Shown here: positions 1 to 9,878 of the stretch, piece by piece
How positions within the stretch are numbered: position 1 is the stretch's first letter
Layout: each line of letters begins with the position of its first letter
Assembly: GCA_046726415.1 (NCBI GenBank)
Contig: JBKPAK010000061.1
Coordinates: 1 to 12,895 of the forward strand
Direction of reading: 5' to 3'
Source of the DNA: Candidatus Methylomirabilota bacterium
GTDB taxonomy: Bacteria; Methylomirabilota; Methylomirabilia; Rokubacteriales; CSP1-6
DNA: 12,895 nt
Program-made: the position numbers and the translations under genes
The notes under the pieces: model-generated
Database searches by the model: none
Told to the model about the DNA's origin: nothing
Seen by the model: only the letters and a program-made list of their open reading frames with translations

Positions 1-1
1 G

Positions 2-172
2 TGCCGCCTGATCTGGAAGATCCGGCATCAGGGCGTCCGGTACGAGGAACGAGGCCCAGCCCTGAGCCAAAAGTCCAAGCGACACCGGACGGCCAGAATG
101 ATCCGCGCACTCCGAAGCTTCGGCTATCGGGTCGAACTGGCCAGCGCCCAGTCGACGGTTGTTCCCGCGTAG
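2..172 (+). mobile_element. IS110-family transposase/recombinase, C-terminal end (5'-partial), followed by a short right end to about 192
   Basis: Frame starting at base 2 (absent from the ORF track) reads CRLIWKIRHQGVRYEERGPALSQKSKRHRTARMIRALRSFGYRVELASAQSTVVPA*, stop TAG 170-172. This matches the recalled IS110 C-terminal pattern (AH)RLxRLIWxILxxGxxYxE...LxxLGYxVxL. It is followed by GGGATTTTCGACCCTG, which looks like an IS110 right end. Confidence 0.85.
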
Positions 173-540
173 CGCCGGGATTTTCGACCCTGAAAGCGCT
201 GCGCTGCGCCCGGTTTTGTTGGGGCGGGCGGAGGGTCCCGTGAGCTGGGCGCGTGCGCCTCGGGATTGCGGTGCATCGCCCGCGACGGTCGCTTGTGGGG
301 GATACCGAGGTAGCGGTCTCCCTCGAGATCGACCACGTTCAACACGTTCGTGCCGACCTGGAGGCGCTTCGTCGCCTCGGCGGCGGCGACGAGCGCAGGC
401 ATAGGGGCGAAGATGTTAGCGAGGTGATCGGGCACGGTCAGCGCGGAGTAGCCGAAATCCTCGAGCTTGCGGGCCTTGTCCGCCCACTCGGCCCGCGAGG
501 GCGCGCTCCAAACGTTGACGCCGAACCGGAACGGCTTCAT
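124..540 (-). pseudogene. Truncated LLM-class (F420-dependent, luciferase-like) oxidoreductase: N-terminal ~68 aa fused to unrelated sequence
   Basis: MKPFRFGVNV...ARKLEDFGYSALTVPDHL...APMPALVAAAEATKRLQVGTNVLN is a typical LLM N-terminus. Similarity stops near 337, where the expected (N)DxRHPxxLA motif is absent. The rest is low-complexity read-through that runs antisense into the IS110 end. Confidence 0.85.
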
Positions 541-549
541 CGCCAGGAC

Positions 550-578
550 ACTCTAGGCCCTCAGATGTCCGCGTTCAA
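550..578 (-). promoter_or_regulatory. Putative sigma70-type promoter of the LLM gene (near-leaderless)
   Basis: Minus strand TTGAAC (578-573), 17-bp spacer, TAGAGT (555-550), then 9 nt to the ATG at 540. No Shine-Dalgarno sequence. Confidence 0.5.
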
Positions 579-640
579 CGACGTCGCGAGGGTACGCGGA
601 TGGCCACCGGAGCGAGATCGCCGGTGTCGAGGATTAGAGT

Positions 641-697
641 CGATATAGATCTTTAACTTGATATATAATTCATTACATGATATATATTAATGCGACC
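641..697. other. AT-rich island with tandem TGATATATA repeats; dif-like Xer site and/or promoter
   Basis: TGATATATA at 659-667 and 678-686 (19-bp period), with a weaker CGATATAGA at 641-649. The minus strand reads GGTCGCATTAA-TATATA-TCATGTAATGAAT-TATATA-TCAAGTTAAAG. There is also a perfect TATAAT at 664-669 (+). Confidence 0.45.
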
Positions 698-757
698 GAA
701 CCTGGAGGGCAGGCGGAAAGCCGGGGGCGCCCCGCGAAGGAGGAGAGTCATCTCACC

Positions 758-847
758 ATGGACGAGACGAGTCGGAGCGATGGGCATCGCAAGCGGTGGC
801 GCCATCGATTCATGAAGCTTCTCGCTCGCCATCGGCTCGGTGCGTAA
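758..847 (+). CDS. Candidate 29-aa basic small protein
   Basis: MDETSRSDGHRKRWRHRFMKLLARHRLGA*, preceded by AAGGAGGAG (738-746) with slightly long spacing. Confidence 0.3.
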   Translation: MDETSRSDGHRKRWRHRFMKLLARHRLGA

Positions 848-1006
848 GCGCCTCCGGGAGAAGTCCGAAGGCGTTCGTCCGGGAAGTGGGGGACGGCTCG
901 CGTTAGAGCTGGATAGCTGACTGGGCGTTCACCCGCGAACCACGCCCCGTAGGTTCGCTTCACTTGGCTGACCTGATGATGATCTTGGCTTTGAAAGGAG
1001 TACGAC

Positions 1007-1351
1007 ATGGCCATGCAGCACAAAGTTGTGATTATTCTCGCCCTGATCTTCCTCCTCTCGCTCGCCGCCACCAGGACTGTCCACGGCGAGGTCCCCACCG
1101 CCGCAGACTTCGCCGCCTGCAATGAAGAAGCGCCCCAAGCGGTCAAAGCAGGAATGGCCTCACCGATCATGGGCGACCACATCAGGGCCGATAGTGCGCG
1201 CGCCGGCGCCATGACGACGAACTCCATCGACTTCAGGGGCAAAGTCGTCGAGTCGTCCGATCCGCAAATCCACGGTATGGCGGCGGAAGGCGCGAAGGAC
1301 GCCGCGTATCAGGCCGCATATCGCAGTTGCATGAGACGGAAGGGGTTTTGA
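1007..1351 (+). CDS. Hypothetical secreted protein, 114 aa, two Cys, C-terminal YRSCMRRKGF
   Basis: Strong RBS AAAGGAG just upstream. Signal peptide (K, hydrophobic core, VHG/E cleavage-like site), GC3-rich codons and a C-terminal YxxCMxxKGF motif. Confidence 0.85.
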   Translation: MAMQHKVVIILALIFLLSLAATRTVHGEVPTAADFAACNEEAPQAVKAGMASPIMGDHIRADSARAGAMTTNSIDFRGKVVESSDPQIHGMAAEGAKDAAYQAAYRSCMRRKGF

Positions 1352-1544
1352 CCGGGCGCGAGCCGGTCATCGCCTGGAGGGTCGATGACAAAGGCTTCGA
1401 GAATCCGTGAGGGAATCCTGGCGCACGACACCGCAACGCCTGGCTCTGGTCTTTGTGGCCGGCCTTCGGAGACGCATACGGTAGTGGCTGAGCAGATGCA
1501 CGATCGTGCGAGCCGCCCTGTCTTCGAAACCACATCGACAGGAG

Positions 1545-1837
1545 TGTGGGTTCCGGAAACTCTGCTATGGTGATTCCGGAAATTCTGCCAGGTGCGATGG
1601 TGCCTCGTGAGGGGGGTGTTCGTGCAGCTGGAAGTGCCTGGTGCGCACCGACGGGCCGTCCAGCTGGAACAGCCGACCGGCTTTGCGGAGCACCTGGATT
1701 TCGTGGCGATTTCAGCATTGGGACCGTCTCTTCCCCCGCTTCCGTCGCCTCGTAGCGCCTGGAGCGAGTTTAGGGCTCCCAACGCGGACCTAACAGAATT
1801 TCCGGAACGGCCCCTGGCAGAATTTCCGGAACCGACA
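1545..1837 (-). mobile_element. 293-bp non-autonomous IS21-family deletion derivative (MITE) with 5-bp target-site duplication AGGAG
   Basis: Ends TGTGGGTTCCGGAAACTCTGCTA (from 1545) and TGTCGGTTCCGGAAATTCTGCCA (reverse complement from 1837) match at 20/23. Each end has a second internal TTCCGGAAATTCTG copy. AGGAG lies at 1540-1544 and 1838-1842. The interior on the - strand has an IstA-like start MLK(fs)RHEIQVLRKAG joined to an IstB-like tail GRLFQLDGPSVRTRH. Confidence 0.9.
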
Positions 1838-1875
1838 AGGAGGGACGCGGCAAAGCTCAAGAGGACGTACCAATC

Positions 1876-2226
1876 TCACTTCTTGATAAGAAGCTCAAGC
1901 CCATCAGCGCATGCTCGGGCTACAGCATAGCCAGCCTTTTCTTGCCCGGGCATCTTATCCCAGCCACCTTTTTCAATGACTTCAGCTCTCTGCCAGCTAC
2001 TTACTTCCCCGAGTGCTTTCAGTTTCTCTTCTGGGTTAGGTTGCCTCAAAAATTGGGCAACGCAGATCGCCGCCTGACTCGCCAAGACCGCCTCTTTGGT
2101 CATCGTTTGGGTAGTGCCGGAGGTTGTCCAGCCACCCCACGCAAAGCCGATGATCATGGCGATGACGGCCCCACAAATCAGGCCCCAAACGCCATACTTC
2201 ATCTTCGCGGCAGTCTCTGGCTTCAT
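1876..2226 (-). CDS. Conserved hypothetical membrane-anchored protein, 116 aa
   Basis: RBS AGGAGG upstream of the ATG. An N-terminal TM helix ends in GFAWGGW, followed by ICVAQF, IEKGGWxxMPG and VARACA motifs, recalled from an uncharacterised family with a conserved Cys pair. Confidence 0.88.
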   Translation of the reverse strand: MKPETAAKMKYGVWGLICGAVIAMIIGFAWGGWTTSGTTQTMTKEAVLASQAAICVAQFLRQPNPEEKLKALGEVSSWQRAEVIEKGGWDKMPGQEKAGYAVARACADGLELLIKK

Positions 2227-2480
2227 TGTCAGGACCTCCTGAATCGGGATTCTCCATATGGAGCCATGCCGCCTCCCATGGTGGCGGCCACCGAGCGGGC
2301 CGTCCCGTCAGTCAACTCGTTCACGCTTCCCAACACGCTGACGGCGGTGCTTCTGGCAACCCCTGGAGCTTGTGTGGCGGGTGCTTCCGCGTTAGGTCAC
2401 ACCGACCGTGCCGTCGAGAGACGCCTCGCCGAGTCGCCTCCCACTGCCGATTCCCGCCGATCCCTGTACGGTCCTCCATG

Positions 2481-2919
2481 TCACGTCGGATACCACGCGA
2501 GTCGCTCGATGCGCCCGAGGATCTTCGCAAACAGGCTCTGCGTCAAGTGGCTCCCGGCCAGTTGGAGCCTGAAGTACTGGGCGTGTTGACGAGACGCCCG
2601 CCGGTCTTGACGAGCCGCGGCGGCAGGCTCGTCAGGGACCAGCTCTGGATGGTGACGGGCAGGGCGAGCCGGCGTAGGAGATTGCCCAAGTTGTCGGCGA
2701 GGACCCCGAGCAGGAGGCCGACCTCATTCGCCCGGAAGCGGTGGCAGGAGAGGCGCGTCGAGTGAGTGGCGGCTCTCCCGCCCTTGATCCATTGCTCGGC
2801 CGTCCCGCGCCGGTTGTCGAAGCGGCCGGCGGCCCGGTCAGCGGGGTGACGATGAAGCCCATCGGCAGGAACACCTCGCCGCGGTGATGCTCGACTTTGG
2901 CAATGCCCCGCTGAGGCCG
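2481..2919 (-). pseudogene. IS1380-family transposase C-terminal fragment, multiply frameshifted
   Basis: Across frames: IAKVEHHRGEVF..MGFIVT, RFDNRRGTAEQWIK, TRLSCHRFRANEV, NLGNLLRRLALP, WSLTSL..RLVKTGGRLV, HAQYFRLQLAGSHLTQSLFAKILGRIERLAWYPT* (stop at 2481-2483). Confidence 0.92.
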
Positions 2920-3016
2920 GCTCGTCGCCCACCAGTGGGCGCGCGCAGAGGATGGCGTGGCCGAGGCCCAGCGGCTCCATCTGGCGCACGTAGGAGACCG
3001 AGGCCATCTCCGAGAT
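2918..3016 (-). pseudogene. galU: Internal 33-codon fragment of UTP--glucose-1-phosphate uridylyltransferase
   Basis: ISEMASVSYVRQMEPLGLGHAILCARPLVGDEP matches the GalU signature YVRQxEPxGLGHAxLCAxxxVGDEP. Confidence 0.85.
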
Positions 3017-3145
3017 GGTCTCCTGAAACACATTACGCCTCAGAGAAGGGGAATGCCGGCGGCGGTAGTCGCGGCCCTCACGGAGCGGCTGGCCCGTCCT
3101 CCAGCGTCCGGACCTGAATCTCGAGCTTCTTGATCCCCGGACAAC

Positions 3146-3185
3146 GCAATACGGCCCCCGCCGTTGCCGACAAGGGCCGCAGTGC
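3146..3185 (-). terminator. Hairpin downstream of groEL (terminator-like / 3' stabiliser)
   Basis: Minus strand GCACTGCGGCCCTTGTCG-GCAA-CGGCGGGGGCCGTATTGC forms a long stem with several G-U pairs and a GNRA loop. It starts 22 nt after the groEL stop. The U-tail is weak (GTTGT). Confidence 0.65.
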
Positions 3186-3207
3186 CTGACCCCCCGGCTG
3201 CCCGAAC

Positions 3208-4830
<1,623 letters not shown>

Positions 4831-4906
4831 ACTCGTTCTCCTACTCGATCACTCGATGGAATTGACCGGGCCTCGGGGCCTGGTCGGGTTGGCTGTCCGG
4901 GCTCGG

Positions 4907-5194
4907 CTACTCGATGATGGCGAGCACGTCCTCTTCTTTCATGATCAGGTAGTCCTTGTGGTCGATCTTGACTTCGGAGCCCGAGTACTTGCCGAAGAGG
5001 ATGCGGTCGTTGGCCTTTACGTCGAGTGGGATCTTTTTGCCGTCCTCGTTCACCCTCCCATTGCCCACTGTGATGACCTTGCCCTCCTGGGGCTTCTCCT
5101 TGGCAGTGTCGGGAATAATGATGCCGCCCTTCTTGGCTTCTTTCTCCTCGTCGCGCTTGACGAGGATCCGGTCATGCAGCGGACGAATCTTCAT
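4907..5194 (-). CDS. groES: Co-chaperonin GroES (Cpn10), 95 aa
   Basis: [28 protein letters not shown] and [10 protein letters not shown] motifs. Lies directly upstream of groEL. Confidence 0.99.
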   Translation of the reverse strand: MKIRPLHDRILVKRDEEKEAKKGGIIIPDTAKEKPQEGKVITVGNGRVNEDGKKIPLDVKANDRILFGKYSGSEVKIDHKDYLIMKEEDVLAIIE

Positions 5195-5255
5195 GGTTCA
5201 CTCGCCTCCCGATCGTAAGGGTTGAACCTGGTGGCTGATCCCAATCAGCGGGGTC

Positions 5256-5282
5256 TTAGCACTCACAGACCTGCAGTGCTAA
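5256..5282. promoter_or_regulatory. CIRCE element (HrcA operator)
   Basis: TTAGCACTC-ACAGACCTG-CAGTGCTAA has one mismatch to the consensus TTAGCACTC-N9-GAGTGCTAA and lies upstream of groES. Confidence 0.95.
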
Positions 5283-5309
5283 TATGGTCCTAGATCCAAC
5301 TGAAGTCAA
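5281..5309 (-). promoter_or_regulatory. sigma70-type promoter of groESL, -10 overlapping CIRCE
   Basis: Minus strand TTGACT (5309-5304), 17-bp spacer, CATATT (5286-5281), with an AT-rich UP-like tract upstream. Confidence 0.7.
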
Positions 5310-5522
5310 CAAGATTAAGCACTTAGATTAATAGCAGATAAATGGTCGAAATTGCAACACATCAGCGGTGCAGTGACTCTGACCACTCGCCTCCGGTACT
5401 CCACCCGGGACTATGACAGTCACGCGGCCAGCTGGCCGGGCTGTAGGGTGAAGATGCGCAGCCCAAGGAGGTGCGGGCTGGGGTCCTTGGTTTAGCGGGA
5501 CGGCCTGGCGGAGATCGGCGTG

Positions 5523-5693
5523 GTCGTGGGTCTGCTTCCATTTTGCTCCCACGACACGCGCAAGTAGTTGCGCGTTGCGCATCAGAGAATTTCCTCCGGA
5601 GCGGAGTTTGTGCCCAACTCGAGCACACTCCAGCCTACTCAGGCGCACACTCTCCGCGCAGATCCTGGCGTTCTTGACTCCGTGCCTGACTCC
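5523..5693. repeat. Cluster of short phased direct repeats and inverted repeats (att-arm-like)
   Basis: The IR GTCGTGGG/CCCACGAC (5523-5555) encloses TGCTTCCA-TTT-TGCTCCCA. A second IR is ACGCGCAA-GTAG-TTGCGCGT (5556-5575). ACTC occurs at 5617, 5627, 5637 and 5649, and TGACTCC at 5675 and 5687. Confidence 0.45.
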
Positions 5694-5854
5694 ACCTAGA
5701 TTCGCGCTGCGATACCGGTCGCGACGAGGGGTCGCAAGGGCGAGCCGGACTCGTACCCAAGAGTTGAGCCGAAGCAACTGGTGGACCCACATGGATGAAG
5801 TGACTCTCTCCCGCTCTTTGACGATCGTGAAGGCCGCTATCATCTGTGCGACTC

Positions 5855-5956
5855 TCAAAACCGACCTTGGATGAGCCGAAGCCTTACTCTTGCGGCGCCG
5901 GTAGATGTAGAGGACGCCTGGTCGTTGGCCGGCACGAGTCGCACGCTGGTCCTCAT
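5855..5956 (-). CDS. Candidate 33-aa small protein
   Basis: MRTSVRLVPANDQASSTSTGAARVRLRLIQGRF*. The ATG at 5956 is preceded by a well-spaced AAAGGTGA Shine-Dalgarno. Confidence 0.4.
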   Translation of the reverse strand: MRTSVRLVPANDQASSTSTGAARVRLRLIQGRF

Positions 5957-6147
5957 TGGAAGATCACCTTTAGGGGCTAAGGAATGTGGTCTGCCGCGAT
6001 AGCGAGACAAGGGAGCACAAGCCCATCGGGAGCCTGGAGGGGCGAAGCGACGAAGGTCGGCGTCTTTCTCCCGATCTCGGGCTGAGCGGACCAGTGAAGA
6101 CGAGGGTCTAGCCACGACGAAAGGCGCCAGGAGTTAAGGAGAAGGCC

Positions 6148-6354
6148 ATGGACGACCACCTCCGCGAGATTGCTGACTGTCTCGACGAGGCCCTCCGGCT
6201 TCAGTCCCGGGTAATGGACCTCACCGAACAGGTCTCCAAGGCAGCTGGGATGAACCCTAGCGACCGAACCCTTCGAGGGAAAGTGACCGGGCTCTTTTTC
6301 GGCATCCAAGCGTATCTGGAGGAGCTCAATCGCCTAGCCAAGGATACGGACTGA
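6148..6354 (+). CDS. Hypothetical 68-aa helical protein
   Basis: RBS TAAGGAGAAGG directly upstream. Two amphipathic helices (LREIADCLDEALRLQSRVMDL; LFFGIQAYLEELNRLAK) with protein-like composition. Confidence 0.75.
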   Translation: MDDHLREIADCLDEALRLQSRVMDLTEQVSKAAGMNPSDRTLRGKVTGLFFGIQAYLEELNRLAKDTD

Positions 6355-6406
6355 CTGGGCGGCCTAGTCCGCTCGGTTCAGGCGTGTAGCGCTCCTGGCA
6401 GAGACG

Positions 6407-6578
6407 ATGGTCTACGAAGCAACCATGGGAAGAGCAGCCTACCGGAGGGCATCGATGGTGATCGTGCGTGCGGGAAGGCTACCTCATCGGCATCTTCACC
6501 GAGTGCGGCGGCGGCGCGGTGAGGCATGCGAAGCTCCTGGGGGAGCACGCCAGAGTCTTCGGCAGGCGGCCACCATGA
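6407..6578 (+). pseudogene. Possible frameshifted gene relic with CBS-like LIGIFTE motif
   Basis: Removing one copy of the CGTG-CGTG duplication (6463-6470) gives MVYEATMGRAAYRRASMVIVREGYLIGIFTECGGGAVRHAKLLGEHARVFGRRPP*. Confidence 0.3.
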
Positions 6579-6659
6579 CGACCGTGATTTACGATTCGGT
6601 CCTGCCCCGGGGGTAGGATCCACCGTGCGCCTGTGAACCCAGGGAGGGAGGGCCGTCCC

Positions 6660-9335
<2,676 letters not shown>

Positions 9336-9427
9336 GGTCCAAGGCGGGATTCGAACCTAGGCTACTGGCGTGTCTCGCCTTCGCGGCGTTCCCGCCCCTG
9401 CTGCTCCAGGTGCCTTAGCCTCTCGTG
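9336..9427 (-). pseudogene. tRNA-like remnant (T-loop and D-loop-like motifs, no intact cloverleaf)
   Basis: Minus strand CGAGAGGCTAAGGCA (D-loop-like) ... GGTTCGAATCCCGCC (T-loop) TTGGACCC. There is no pairing 5' acceptor strand and the T-stem is imperfect. Confidence 0.4.
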
Positions 9428-9820
9428 ATCATTAAACGCGGCCATCCCCACAAAGGCGGGGCTCTCCGAAGGATCGTAGAGTCGGGCTACGTCGTTATCG
9501 AGGACCAAGGGTACCGCCTCCAGTCCGGTGCATCCCTTCCCGGTCCTGAGCGCTTCGCCGAGCGCTGTGAGGAAGCGCTCGGGATGATCGTCATGAAGCG
9601 CGCGGTTGCCGGAGGCCCAGCGGAGACATTGATGAAGCTGCTCGCGGAGCGGCGAGCCCTTCGATCAGCCCCGAAGCCCGAGAGCCAGTGGTACCGAGCC
9701 AGCGGGCAAGCGGGAAGAACACCGACGAGGCGCAGAGTGGGCATCTCCGCTCGGGCAAGCTATAGATCGCTTCGCAGTCGACGCAGAGCACTGGGTGGGC
9801 GAGCAGGAACGGCGCTATAG
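9425..9820 (+). pseudogene. Possible coding fragment of an unknown protein (coding-like about 9460-9660)
   Basis: LRRIVESGYVVIEDQGYRLQ...FAERCEEALGMIVMKRAVAGGPAETLMKLLAERRA has GC3-rich codons and protein-like composition. There is no RBS, and the 3' part is antisense to the Zn-ribbon gene. Confidence 0.3.
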
Positions 9821-9878
9821 CAGTGTGCGCGTCGAAGTCACACTCGTTGAATTGCTCGAACACACGCGAAGGCTTCAT
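9591..9878 (-). CDS. Small Zn-ribbon protein (CxxC-x10-CPxC)
   Basis: LCVDCEAIYSLPERRCPLCASSVFFPLARWL. A TAGACT -10 box (9893-9888) lies 9 nt before the ATG, suggesting near-leaderless expression. The C-terminal tail is low-complexity. Confidence 0.7.
   Translation of the reverse strand: MKPSRVFEQFNECDFDAHTAIAPFLLAHPVLCVDCEAIYSLPERRCPLCASSVFFPLARWLGTTGSRASGLIEGLAAPRAASSMSPLGLRQPRAS

Larger units (their letters stand above)
2244..3059 (-). mobile_element. Degenerate non-autonomous IS1380-family element (putative left end, galU fragment, 3' part of transposase, putative right end)
   Basis: Imperfect terminal inverted repeats CCGGCATTCCCCTTCT (- strand from 3059) and TCGGGATTCTCCATAT (+ strand from 2244) enclose IS1380 transposase motifs. 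No target duplication was detected. Confidence 0.65.

Noticed and set aside
1-243. 80-aa ORF in the track
   Set aside because: Wrong frame; the frame from base 2 carries the IS110 C-terminus.
700-740. GGGCAGGCGGAAAGCCGGGGGCGC as a c-di-GMP-I riboswitch
   Set aside because: Lacks GGCAAA, GCAAAGC and the second stem.
1545-1837. Tn7-like mini-transposon or CRISPR reading of the TTCCGGAAATTCTG repeats
   Set aside because: TGT/ACA ends and a 5-bp TSD would also fit Tn7, but the interior is IstA/IstB-like. The repeats are inverted pairs without spacers.
2543-3033. 162-aa and 133-aa ORFs as real genes
   Set aside because: They are mosaics of a galU fragment and a frameshifted IS1380 transposase.
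3078-3140. Minus-strand peptide GIKKLEIQVRTLEDGPAAP*
   Set aside because: Coding-like but too short, with no start and no recognisable family.
5425-5438. 14-bp perfect palindrome CGGCCAGCTGGCCG
   Set aside because: Single GC-rich copy with no supporting context.
5328-5874. 176-aa (-) and 99-aa (+) ORFs
   Set aside because: No RBS, motif or codon bias; they overlap the repeat block.
9336-9427. Functional tRNA gene
   Set aside because: No acceptor-stem pairing, no 7-nt anticodon loop and a broken T-stem. Kept only as a remnant.
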